From positions 2,784,081 to 2,848,080 of the forward strand of contig OZ223208.1 in assembly GCA_965140405.1 (NCBI GenBank): a stretch of DNA of 64,000 bases, written 5' to 3'. Source of the stretch: Planctomycetota bacterium (lineage in GTDB: Bacteria > Planctomycetota > SZUA-567). The notes beneath the pieces were generated by a model that was not told the origin of the DNA, did no database searches, and saw nothing but the letters and a program-made list of their open reading frames with translations. The position numbers and the translations under genes are program-made. Of this stretch, positions 38,073 through 47,630 are shown in pieces (the stretch's first letter is position 1; each line of letters opens with the position of its first letter).

Positions 38073-39575
38073 ATGAAAAAAACAATCCTATCTATGAAAG
38101 GCATCGACAAGCGATTTTCTGGTGTCCATGCCCTAAAACAGGTAAACTTCGAACTGAAAGAAGGTGACATTCACGCTCTTGTTGGAGAGAACGGAGCAGG
38201 CAAATCAACTCTAATGAAGGTACTTACAGGTATCCATGAGAAAGACTCTGGCGAAATTATTGTTGATGGCAAGCTATTCAACCCAACAGACCCTAAAGAT
38301 GCATTAAAATGGGGTATTGGTATTATCCATCAAGAACTTCATATGATGGAGCACCTTACTGTAGCGCAAAACATCTTCATCGGTAGAGAATCTACCACAG
38401 CAAGTGGGCTTTTCCTTGATGAAAAAGCTCAGAACAAAAAGACAGAAGAACTTCTAAAGCTTCTTAATGTCGACATTGATCCAACAGAACTCTTGCAGGA
38501 CTTGACAGTCGGCAAGCAACAGATGGTTGAAATTGCTAAGGCAGTCTCACATGACCTAAAGATCCTTATTCTTGATGAACCGTCAGCAGCTCTAACAGAC
38601 AAAGAGATTAACGAACTCTTTACAATAATGAGAGACCTTGCATCCAAAGGTGTAGCAATGATCTACATCTCCCACAGAATGGATGAGATTGGTGAGATCA
38701 CAGATAAAATTACTGTACTACGTGATGGTGAGAATGCAGGTGTCGGTGACACCGACAAACTAACCAAGAACGACATTGTAAATATGATGGTAGGGCGTGT
38801 TATATTTGAAGAGCCAAAGACAGAAAGTCATGTAGAAGCCAATGCTAAAAACGTGCTCAAAGTTAGTAAACTGAATGCAGGTAAGATGGTAAAAGATGTC
38901 AGCTTCAATCTACGCCAAAGCGAAATCCTTGGCTTTGCTGGTTTGATGGGGGCAGGTAGAACAGAGACCATGAGAGCTATCTTTGGTGCTGATGAGTACC
39001 AGTCGGGAAGAATAGAGATCAACGGCAAACCTGTACATATTCGTACACCTATGGACGCAATTAGTCATGGTATTGGTTACCTTTCAGAAGACCGCAAGCG
39101 CTTTGGTTTGGCTGTCAACTTGAGTGTTATTGACAATGCAATCATGGCGTCGTACGACGATTTTGAGAAATCATTATTTGTTGATTCCAAAAAAGCAATA
39201 AAGGCTACAGATCACTATATTGAGGCCTTAAACGTTAAGACTCCTTCTATTAATCAGCTTATCAGAAACCTTTCCGGTGGTAACCAGCAGAAGGTGGTTA
39301 TTGCAAAATGGCTGATCAAGAATAGCGAAATTCTTATTTTTGATGAACCGACCAGAGGTATTGATGTAGGAGCAAAGAGTGAAATTTATGCTCTAATGAA
39401 CGAACTAGTAAAAGAAGGAAAATCGATCATTATGATATCATCTGAACTACCAGAGGTGCTTCGAATGAGCGACCGAGTGGTAGTAATGTGTGAAGGTAAA
39501 ATTACAGGCGAATTGAATATTGAAGATGCTGATCAAGAAAAGATCATGCACCTTGCAACTCTTAGGGGAAAATAA
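38073..39575 (+). CDS. Sugar ABC transporter ATP-binding protein, duplicated NBD (RbsA/MglA type)
   Basis: 500 aa; GENGAGKST, second NBD with degenerate Walker A GLMGAGRTE, LSGGNQQK signature. Confidence 0.9.
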   Translation: MKKTILSMKGIDKRFSGVHALKQVNFELKEGDIHALVGENGAGKSTLMKVLTGIHEKDSGEIIVDGKLFNPTDPKDALKWGIGIIHQELHMMEHLTVAQNIFIGRESTTASGLFLDEKAQNKKTEELLKLLNVDIDPTELLQDLTVGKQQMVEIAKAVSHDLKILILDEPSAALTDKEINELFTIMRDLASKGVAMIYISHRMDEIGEITDKITVLRDGENAGVGDTDKLTKNDIVNMMVGRVIFEEPKTESHVEANAKNVLKVSKLNAGKMVKDVSFNLRQSEILGFAGLMGAGRTETMRAIFGADEYQSGRIEINGKPVHIRTPMDAISHGIGYLSEDRKRFGLAVNLSVIDNAIMASYDDFEKSLFVDSKKAIKATDHYIEALNVKTPSINQLIRNLSGGNQQKVVIAKWLIKNSEILIFDEPTRGIDVGAKSEIYALMNELVKEGKSIIMISSELPEVLRMSDRVVVMCEGKITGELNIEDADQEKIMHLATLRGK

Positions 39576-40796
39576 ATGGATCTAGAAAAAAAATCATCGG
39601 TTGAAAAGAAAAGTAGAGGTAGCTTACAGAAGTTTTTAGCACTGGCAGCCTTAATTATTATTTACGTATTCTTTTGTTTTTCAGGAAGAAATTTCTTCTC
39701 ATATAGTACTTTAGTAAATATATTGGATTCATCATACTATATTGGTTTTATCTCAATTGGTGTGACCTTTGTTATCATTACAGGTGGTATTGACCTTTCA
39801 ATCGGTACAGTAATGATGTGTGCGGCAATTATCGGAGGTACAGCCTACAAGACATGGGGTTGGCCTATTGAACTAGCACTCTTACTTATCATGGTTGTTG
39901 CAATATTATTCGGTATTTTTAATGGTTTACTGATATCACGACTAGCGTTACCCCCTTTTATTGCGACAATGGGTACGATGATGATGTCGATGGGTATAGG
40001 CTCAATTGTATCAAATGTTCGTAGTGCAACATTCCCTACTAGATCTTCAGCTGACGGCTGGTTTAAAAGTTGCTTTAAATATCTAACAGAGGAACGAGAA
40101 TCCATACCCACAGGTGCAATAATATTATTCGGAACTGCCATAATTGCTTATATTATTCTGACAAAAACCAAGATGGGACGTTTTATCTTTGCTGTCGGAA
40201 GTAACAAAGAAGCTGCTAGACTATCAGGTGTTAATGTCAAGAAGTGGGAGATGATGACATACGTCATCAGTGGTTTCTGTGCAGGTATTGGTGGTATTGC
40301 GTTTGCTGCAGTATACACGACAGTTATGCCAGCTCGTGGTCAGGGTTTTGAGCTATATGCTATTGCCGGTGCAGTTATTGGTGGTACATCCCTAGCTGGT
40401 GGTGTTGGTACAATTATGGGTACAATGATTGGCGTATTCATCATGAGTGTACTTAGAGCTGGGCTACCATCAATGGATCTTCAGGCACACTGGCAGACAT
40501 TCTTCACAGGTGTTGTTGTAGTTGGTGCGGTACTACTTGATGTATACAGAAACAAAAAAGCATCTCAAGTTAAAATTCTTACTGCTGCTGCTGCATTCAA
40601 GCAACAAGAGAGCCAGCGAATTCTCAGACGCAAAGCCGAAGGAGCAAGCGCTGAAGAAATCGCCAAAATGAAGCGCGAGATGAAAGAAAGCGTCCGCATG
40701 ATCAAAATTAAAGAGAAGCAAGAGAAGATTTCAGAAAGAGCTAAAGAGCTCGAAGCAGAACGCCTCTTTGATGAAGAGAACAAGAAGAACAAGTAG
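39576..40796 (+). CDS. Sugar ABC transporter permease (RbsC type) with ~85-aa charged C-terminal tail
   Basis: 406 aa; start abuts upstream stop (TAAATG); polytopic core; tail KKASQVKIL...KEKQEKISERAKELEAERLFDEENKKNK. Confidence 0.88.
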   Translation: MDLEKKSSVEKKSRGSLQKFLALAALIIIYVFFCFSGRNFFSYSTLVNILDSSYYIGFISIGVTFVIITGGIDLSIGTVMMCAAIIGGTAYKTWGWPIELALLLIMVVAILFGIFNGLLISRLALPPFIATMGTMMMSMGIGSIVSNVRSATFPTRSSADGWFKSCFKYLTEERESIPTGAIILFGTAIIAYIILTKTKMGRFIFAVGSNKEAARLSGVNVKKWEMMTYVISGFCAGIGGIAFAAVYTTVMPARGQGFELYAIAGAVIGGTSLAGGVGTIMGTMIGVFIMSVLRAGLPSMDLQAHWQTFFTGVVVVGAVLLDVYRNKKASQVKILTAAAAFKQQESQRILRRKAEGASAEEIAKMKREMKESVRMIKIKEKQEKISERAKELEAERLFDEENKKNK

Positions 40797-40918
40797 TAAT
40801 AAATAATTTAAGTCAAATGTTTGTAGCAGTATTTTATTAAATAATATGTGTGTATTTTGTTGGCTCATTATTGAGTAATGAGCATTAATTTTTCTACGTT
40901 TTTATAGAGGACTGAATT

Positions 40919-42010
40919 ATGAATTTGAGAAAAAGTGTTTCTATCGTTTTGTCTAGTGCATTATTTGCGCTATCGTTTGCAGCGACACCTACTCTTTCAG
41001 CAGCAGAGCCTTACATTGCAGTAGTATCTAAGGGTGAACAGCATGATTTCTGGCAACAGGTTAAGTTAGGAGCGAACAAGGCAGCTGAAGATGTTGGTGC
41101 TGATGTTACTTTTGAAGGTCCTCCATCTGAAAGTGATGTTCAGATTCAGGTTGAAATGCTAAACAGCGCAATGGCAAAGGATCCAGTAGCTATTGCTCTT
41201 GCAGCCCTCAATACTGAAGCTGTAATCGACCAACTTCAAGAATGTCTAGACAAGGGTATTCCAGTTATCGGTTTTGACTCAGGTGTGCCAAATGCTCCAA
41301 AGGGATCAATCTACGCTAATGCTTCAACAGACAACTTCAATGCAGCTGGTCTAGGTGCAAAAGAGATGTTCATGGAAATTGAAGACAAAATTGCAGCAGC
41401 AACAGAAGCTAAACCTGTAACAATCGTTATCATGAATCAGGATGCTTCTGGTGAATCTCTTCTAAGCCGTGGTAAAGGTTTCAGAGACACAATGATTGAC
41501 CTAATCGTTTCAGAAACAGATCTAACAAAAGATGATATCGCAGTTATTGGTAACCCTGCATACATTAGTGCAGATAGTCCAACATCTGGCAAGAAGGTTT
41601 TCCTTGATATGATCGTTCCTGCATCTGCAGCAGCTACAGACGCAGCGGCATCTGCTACAGCAGTTCTTAACAAGGTTAAAGATGAAAATGTTCTTGGTAT
41701 CTTCTGCTCAAACGAAGCTACTGTTAAGGGTCTACTTGCAGCTACTAATGATGGTGAAGATCTAGGTCACATGTACAAGGGTCTTATCGTTATTGGTTTT
41801 GATGCTGGTGCTGGTCAAAAGAATGCAGTTCGTAAGGGCTACTTCCTAGGTTCAGTTACTCAGGATCCATTCTCAATCGGTTACAAAGCAGTTGAACTTG
41901 CATACAAAGCTTACAAAGGTGAACCAGTTGCTGACATTGATACAGGTGCTAAATTCTACACAGCAGAAAACATGGACAACGCTGACATCAAGGGTCTACT
42001 TTACGACTGA
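40919..42010 (+). CDS. Periplasmic sugar-binding protein (RbsB/LacI-type fold)
   Basis: 363 aa; signal peptide ending LSAAEP; IAVVSKGEQHDFWQ..., GFDAG..., SVTQDPF motifs. Confidence 0.85.
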   Translation: MNLRKSVSIVLSSALFALSFAATPTLSAAEPYIAVVSKGEQHDFWQQVKLGANKAAEDVGADVTFEGPPSESDVQIQVEMLNSAMAKDPVAIALAALNTEAVIDQLQECLDKGIPVIGFDSGVPNAPKGSIYANASTDNFNAAGLGAKEMFMEIEDKIAAATEAKPVTIVIMNQDASGESLLSRGKGFRDTMIDLIVSETDLTKDDIAVIGNPAYISADSPTSGKKVFLDMIVPASAAATDAAASATAVLNKVKDENVLGIFCSNEATVKGLLAATNDGEDLGHMYKGLIVIGFDAGAGQKNAVRKGYFLGSVTQDPFSIGYKAVELAYKAYKGEPVADIDTGAKFYTAENMDNADIKGLLYD

Positions 42011-42045
42011 TTCTTAGTATAACATAACAGCATTAATTGTTATTT

Positions 42046-42082
42046 ATGGGTGTGGCTTTATATAAGCTACACCCATTTTTCT
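42046..42082 (+). terminator. Rho-independent terminator
   Basis: ATGGGTGTGGCTT/AAGCTACACCCAT stem then T5. Confidence 0.85.
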
Positions 42083-42376
42083 ATTCTGCCTACTTACCAA
42101 GCAATTATAAGCCAAAAAACTCAAGTATAGCCACTCAAAATAGTAATTTTCTCTCACTTTAACAGGTTTAAAAATAAATCTAGGACAAATTTAAAAAATA
42201 TAGTAAGAAATAAAAGGAGTGCTGTTATAATATGACATAAGATTACATAGAGAGCATTAATGATAGTTTATGGTAGTATATAACATTTTATTTTTAACAG
42301 TAAATAACAACTGCAAACTGTAATTTAAAATCAGATATATGATATTATTATATATATGTATAAGGAGATTAATGAT

Positions 42377-43900
42377 ATGCCACAAGTTAGAAAACAAGTA
42401 ATAGCGATCATCGCCATGGTTGTTATTTTATTTAGTATTTCGTCGATACAAGCAGCAGAGAGCGAAAACATAAAAATTGCTAAAGCGTTATCCAATGCAT
42501 ACGCAGAAATAGCAGCAAAGAGCAAGCCAACAGTTGTAGCCCTTAAAACTGTAAAGGAGATAGATCTTTCAAAAAGCATTCCAGATCTACCGCCAAATAT
42601 GCCAGAAGAAATGAAGGATTTCTTCAAGAAATTCCAAAACAATGGAAATGCCCCACGTTCTCAAAAAGCTGAGGGTATGGGCAGTGGTGTAATTATTGAT
42701 TCAAAAGGCACTATCGTAACGAACAACCACGTTATTGACGGAGCAACCGAGATAGAGGTAAATCTCGAAAATGGCGATAAATTCAAGGGAGAGGTTGTTG
42801 GTGCAGATCCTAAGAGCGACCTTGCAGTGGTAAAGATCGTAAATCCAGATAATATCGAATTTCCTTATGCAGTACTTGGCAGTTCAGCAAATATGAAAGT
42901 AGGCAATCTAGTAATTGCTATCGGAGCTCCATTTGGGCTAGAGCAGAGTGTAACAGCAGGTATCATCTCAGCCACCAACCGTAGCCAGCTTGGTGGAAAA
43001 CTTCAAGATATAGTTTATAAAGATTTTTTCCAAACTGATGCAACTATCAATATGGGTAACTCTGGAGGTCCTTTGTTCAACCTTGACGGTGAAGTAATAG
43101 GTATCAACTCAGCAATATCGTCAGCCTCAGGTGGCTCCGACGGTGTTGGCTTCTCTATCCCTATTGATATGGCCAAAGAGGTCATCAGCGAGCTTATGGA
43201 TAGTGGTAGCGTGACCCGTGGCTACCTTGGAGTAGCAATTCGAGACTTTACCTCAGATATGGGAGCAGCGATACCAGGAGTCACTCAAGGAGTACTAGTT
43301 ATGCAACCATACCCAGGCACTCCAGCTTTCAAAGGCGGTATGCGCATGGGTGATATTATGCTTGATTACGGTGGTACACCTCTGAAATCAGCGCAGCAGC
43401 TTCAGAACCTTGTTGCTCACACCAAGGTAGGAGATACAGTTGACGTACTAATTATGCGAGGAGGAGAGAAAAAGACCCTCCAAATCACTATTGCCAAACA
43501 GCCTAAGAAGATGGGTGTCCCTGAAGAAGAAGAGGTACAAGAGTCAATGGCTCCAGCTGGAGTAGAGTACAGGAGTAACAAACTTGGCATTACAGTCATA
43601 CCTCTATCACAAGGTACCCCTGAAGAACAAGAGGTTTATAAAGGTATGAGTGGTGTACTTATTCGTGACGTAGCTCTGGGAACTGATGCATTTGACAAGG
43701 GTCTATCTGGAGGTATACTCTTAAAGCTGATAAACCAGAACGTAGTTGAGAATATTACTGATTTCAAGAGTATCGAACAAAATATAGGTTTTGACTCACA
43801 GGTATTACTCCAATTCCTTATCGGCAAGAACCCTGGAGTGCTGATGCTCAAGACAAATACAGAAGAAGAGGCAAAAAGATTAGAAGCCGAGCAAAAATAA
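42377..43900 (+). CDS. htrA: Periplasmic serine protease HtrA/DegP family with two PDZ domains
   Basis: TNNHVI (His), GNSGGPLF (Ser); ATG 42377 with AAGGAG RBS preferred over track start 42356. Confidence 0.92.
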   Translation: MPQVRKQVIAIIAMVVILFSISSIQAAESENIKIAKALSNAYAEIAAKSKPTVVALKTVKEIDLSKSIPDLPPNMPEEMKDFFKKFQNNGNAPRSQKAEGMGSGVIIDSKGTIVTNNHVIDGATEIEVNLENGDKFKGEVVGADPKSDLAVVKIVNPDNIEFPYAVLGSSANMKVGNLVIAIGAPFGLEQSVTAGIISATNRSQLGGKLQDIVYKDFFQTDATINMGNSGGPLFNLDGEVIGINSAISSASGGSDGVGFSIPIDMAKEVISELMDSGSVTRGYLGVAIRDFTSDMGAAIPGVTQGVLVMQPYPGTPAFKGGMRMGDIMLDYGGTPLKSAQQLQNLVAHTKVGDTVDVLIMRGGEKKTLQITIAKQPKKMGVPEEEEVQESMAPAGVEYRSNKLGITVIPLSQGTPEEQEVYKGMSGVLIRDVALGTDAFDKGLSGGILLKLINQNVVENITDFKSIEQNIGFDSQVLLQFLIGKNPGVLMLKTNTEEEAKRLEAEQK

Positions 43901-43988
43901 AATTATTATATATACTGGACACAGAACCCAAGGCTTACGCCCTCCTACCCCACCAAAAGTAGTGAATAATGCCTGTATATAACACGAT

Positions 43989-44028
43989 ATAACTCCCCCT
44001 GCCAATCTAGTCAGTGGGAGTTATTTTA
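43989..44028 (+). terminator. Probable terminator of htrA
   Basis: ATAACTCCC...GGGAGTTAT stem (18-nt loop) then TTTTA. Confidence 0.5.
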
Positions 44029-44124
44029 AATTAAGAGTTTTCAAATAACGAAAAAAATACAAAAAAGCCTTTATACATATTGACATAAGTCTAGTATTCT
44101 GTAATATATTTTAGACATAAATAT

Positions 44125-44198
44125 TGCCCCTTAGTCTAACGGCAGGACGGATGATTCTGGTTCATTTGGTCGGGGTTCGAATCCCTGAGGGGCAACCA
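44125..44198 (+). tRNA. tRNA-Gln (anticodon CUG), CCA encoded
   Basis: Hand-folded cloverleaf: acceptor TGCCCCT/AGGGGCA (U1:A72), D arm GTCT..GGAC, anticodon stem GATGA/TCATT with loop TTCTGGT, T arm CGGGG-TTCGAAT-CCCTG, discriminator A, CCA. Confidence 0.9.
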
Positions 44199-44206
44199 AA
44201 CTCAAG

Positions 44207-44238
44207 AACGCACTGATTCATACCAGTGCGTTTTTTCT
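44207..44238 (+). terminator. Rho-independent terminator after tRNA
   Basis: AACGCACTG-ATTCATAC-CAGTGCGTT followed by T6. Confidence 0.8.
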
Positions 44239-44317
44239 TTTATACCAACCACTTACAAGATTCCCCTGTTCACCCCAGTCCGAAGAAATCCCTTGACATC
44301 CGTCTATATTAACGGTA

Positions 44318-44350
44318 TTTTTGACGGTATAATCTCAATACCGTCAAAAA
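44318..44350. repeat. 13-bp perfect inverted repeat overlapping a TATAAT box just upstream of int
   Basis: TTTTTGACGGTAT-AATCTCA-ATACCGTCAAAAA; third ACGGTAT copy at 44311-44317; TATAAT at 44328-44333. Confidence 0.7.
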
Positions 44351-44359
44351 GGAAATCAC

Positions 44360-45574
44360 ATGCCGCTATCAGACCTCAAAGTACGTAAACTCAAGCCAAA
44401 GGACAAACAATACAAAATATCAGATATGGAAGCACTATACATACTTGTAAACCCATCTGGTAGTAAACTCTGGAAAATGGATTATTGTTTTGAAGGCAAG
44501 CGCAAAACAATGTCATTTGGAAAGTACCCTGCCGTTACCTTGAAGAAAGCACGTCAAAGAAAAGACGAAGCGAGAGAACTCCTTGCTGACGGTATCGACC
44601 CAATGGTAAAAAAGAAAGAAGAACTACAAAAGGTGGTCGAGAAGACAGTAAACACCTTTGAAAACATCGCCAGAGAGTGGTACGACACATATAGAGCCAA
44701 ATGGTCAGAAAAACACGCTGTCCGCATCCTAGCCAGACTAGAGAATCACCTATTCCCAACAATTGGTCACCTACCAATTAAAGAGGTAACAACCAGAGAC
44801 CTCAGAAAATTGATAGACACAATCAGCAATAGCGATCTAAAGAAGAATACCCGTCAAAATACCAACAAAGCCCCAACAATCAAACGAGCTCTACAGCACT
44901 GTAGCAATGTATTCCTCTACGCTATACAAACTGAACGAGCAGACTATGACATCACTGTAAACGTAAAAGGTTTAACCCCACCCCACAAAGAAAAACACCA
45001 CGCTTCAATAACAACACCCAAGGAAATAGGAGAATTCCTCCGCAAAGCAGACGATTTCAAAGACAATACCCTAGTAAGCATCCTACTAAGACTCACTCCC
45101 CTAGTCTTCGTCCGCCCTACAGAGCTACGAGAAGCCAGCTGGGAGGAATTTGATTTTGACGATAATCTCTGGAGAATCCCAGAAGAACGCATGAAGATGG
45201 GCAGACCACACATAGTCCCCCTAGCCACTCAAGCCCAAAAATTACTGAACGAACTCAAACAACACACATCAAATAGTGAGTTCCTATTCCCATCTGACCG
45301 TGCAAAATCAGGAATAATCAGCGACAACACCCTCAGGAAAACAATTATCGACAAACTAGGCTATCCACAAGGCACAGTAGCTCCACACGGCTTCCGCTCG
45401 ACCGCAACGACTCTATTAAATGAGCTCGGATTCAACTCAGATGCCATAGAACGCCAACTTGCACACGGAGAACGCAACTCCGTCCGCGCAGCCTACAACT
45501 ACGCCCAATACCTCTCCCAACGCCGCGAAATGATGCAAAAATGGGCTGATTACTTAGACAAACTAAAGCTTTAG
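44360..45574 (+). CDS. int: Tyrosine recombinase, P4-type integrase (DUF4102 N-terminal arm-binding domain)
   Basis: 404 aa; LSDLKVRKLKPKDKQYKISD...LWKMDY..GKRKTMSFGKYP N-domain; catalytic R (VRPTELREA), HGFRST, AAYNYAQY. Confidence 0.92.
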   Translation: MPLSDLKVRKLKPKDKQYKISDMEALYILVNPSGSKLWKMDYCFEGKRKTMSFGKYPAVTLKKARQRKDEARELLADGIDPMVKKKEELQKVVEKTVNTFENIAREWYDTYRAKWSEKHAVRILARLENHLFPTIGHLPIKEVTTRDLRKLIDTISNSDLKKNTRQNTNKAPTIKRALQHCSNVFLYAIQTERADYDITVNVKGLTPPHKEKHHASITTPKEIGEFLRKADDFKDNTLVSILLRLTPLVFVRPTELREASWEEFDFDDNLWRIPEERMKMGRPHIVPLATQAQKLLNELKQHTSNSEFLFPSDRAKSGIISDNTLRKTIIDKLGYPQGTVAPHGFRSTATTLLNELGFNSDAIERQLAHGERNSVRAAYNYAQYLSQRREMMQKWADYLDKLKL

Positions 45575-47065
45575 CACATACTAATATATAAATTATTAAT
45601 AAAAGAATATATTAAACTTCAATATTTCCTATTAAAATTCTATAACCGAACTCAGCAAATAATCACGTAAAACAAACTTTTTTAAAAAAATAATTATGTG
45701 CTAATAATCATCTATAAAGCATATAAAATAAACCATTATTTTTTAAAAAAACTAATAATATTGTTACCGTTTTAATGAAAATAACTAGTTTCTTTTTTAT
45801 AATGAAGTTAGTTTTCTTTGATCATTATTTGTTTTGTCTTTCTGTATAAAATATATAATAAAATCTATTTCATAACTTGTTTTTAAGTACAAAAAGGGAA
45901 AAACTTTTTAATTCTTAATAAATTTACTATCTAAAAAATGAACATGACATTTTTAAATAATTCAACTTGTTTGCATTATTTTTTTCGCTCTAATTAGCTT
46001 CTTTATGATATTGCATTTATTTTTGTTATACATTTTTTAACAATAATATTTTGCTGGAATTTTGTTTTTAAATACTGAAAATCAATTATCTTTCCTAAGG
46101 AATGCCAAAATTTAATTTTTAAAAAAAACTTTTACTATAATTCAAATTATCATACTATTTAAATTTTCACAGAACAAATACTGTAAAAAGTTTTTAAAAA
46201 TATCTTCATTATAATAATTAAGATCTAAAAAAAATTGATTTATAATTCTGCAAATATAAGTACTACAAATAAAATATTGTATCGCAATCTATTCTTTTAT
46301 GCATTATGTATTCTCACAATCAACTACACAATAATCAGTTACAAAAAATACACCTCCTAGCAATAGAGATATATCCTATATCGCAATTCATACAGCTAAA
46401 TAGTTTCTTTGATTGAATTTTTAATATAACTTTTTGATATTTAATTGTAAAAATTAAATATTAGTTTATAAATTATAATTCACACCGATTAGGACTTCTT
46501 TTTTAATAATATTGATTTCATCATTTCAGTATAAATGTTGTATTTAATATTTGTATATTTATTATTTAGCATTTTGTAAATCAATTTATTTCTTAATTTT
46601 AAGTCTTAAGATTCATTATAATTTCGTTTTTAATTTTGAAGTTTTAAAATTCACTTATATCTTTTTAAATTTTAAATCAAAAATTATAATTTAAAATTGT
46701 TAATACCTATTTCAAAATTACTGACACTTTTTTAATTTTTATTTTCTAATTTATCGTTTATTCTTATACATAATTATTGAGATTTTTTAAAAAAACACGT
46801 AATTTGTTTTTAAAAATGTCTATAATTTTTTCTATCTTTTTTATATAACTTTTCTAACTTCAATTTTTCATATACTTAATCAAAGCATAATCCGTACCCA
46901 CATAAAATCATCATATTAAAGGACTTACCCAAACAACCCGTCATATTTTATTATTGACACCACCAACCAAAACTCATATTGATTATATTCAAGAACAACT
47001 TAGTTCAAACGTGTACACTTCTGGCCAGAAGAGTTTATTGTTAAAAATTTTTTAAGGAATAAATT
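45575..47065. other. 1.5-kb ORF-free, extremely AT-rich block with repeated T5-6A5-8 palindromes
   Basis: No ORF >=60 aa on either strand in track; TTTTTTAAAAAAA at 45678, 45739, 46783; T5A8 at 46116; T5A5 at 46191 and 46807; many shorter TnAn junctions. Confidence 0.8.
47018..47031. promoter_or_regulatory. Perfect 14-bp palindrome CTTCTGGCCAGAAG upstream of alpA (candidate operator)
   Basis: Read directly; GC-rich island in AT-rich DNA, 35 bp before ATG 47066; TTGACA at 46954-46959 upstream. Confidence 0.4.
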
Positions 47066-47287
47066 ATGAAAAGAAAACGCAAACCTAAGTCATTGCCCAA
47101 AGAAGGACTAGCCCGCTTGCCAGAAGTATTAGAAGCAATGGGGATTTGTAAAACAACCTGGTATGCTGGAATCAAGACAGGACGGTATCCTAAACAAGTT
47201 CGCCCAAGTGCAGGTACAGTGGCATGGAGAGTTGAAGAGATTAGAGAGTTAATTGCGAATCTGGAGGTGGCTGAAAATGACGAGTAA
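47066..47287 (+). CDS. alpA: AlpA-family excisionase/transcriptional regulator
   Basis: 73 aa; LARLPEVLEAMGICKTTWYAGIKTGRYPKQVR...WRVEEIRELI is the AlpA/MerR-like HTH pattern. Confidence 0.85.
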   Translation: MKRKRKPKSLPKEGLARLPEVLEAMGICKTTWYAGIKTGRYPKQVRPSAGTVAWRVEEIRELIANLEVAENDE

Positions 47288-47630
47288 TATCTTTAATCAA
47301 ATTAATCAAGCATTATCGCACAGATTACACGAAGCCCTCAAAATATTGTTACCAGATGGAAAAGTCATAGGAAAGTACTACACCTGCGCATCAATTAAGG
47401 GTGGACATGGTCAATCTTGCAAGACCGATCTTTCCAGTGGTAGGGGTTGTGATTATGCCTCTGGGGAGAAATGGGGAGACATTATAGCACTTGTAGCACT
47501 GCAACATAGGTCATCACAGTATGAAGCAGCGTTGTTCCTTGCTGATATGTTTAACATTGATCTCAACAATCAGTATTCAGGAAGTCATAGTGAATTTACG
47601 GGAGAATCTGGATGGAGTCGGAAAAACTAA
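47277..47630 (+). CDS. N-terminal (zinc-binding-like) module of P4-family primase, encoded as separate ORF
   Basis: ATG 47277 with GGAGGTGG RBS, overlaps alpA stop; ...GGHGQSCKTDLSSGRGCDYASGEKWGDIIALVALQHRSSQYEAALFLADMF resembles the N-domain normally fused to Toprim primases. Confidence 0.6.
   Translation: MTSNIFNQINQALSHRLHEALKILLPDGKVIGKYYTCASIKGGHGQSCKTDLSSGRGCDYASGEKWGDIIALVALQHRSSQYEAALFLADMFNIDLNNQYSGSHSEFTGESGWSRKN

Noticed and set aside
45575-47065. Possible CRISPR array or tandem-repeat locus in the AT-rich block
   Set aside because: The repeated elements are short TnAn homopolymer junctions with irregular spacing. There is no constant-length repeat/spacer organisation and there are no cas genes.
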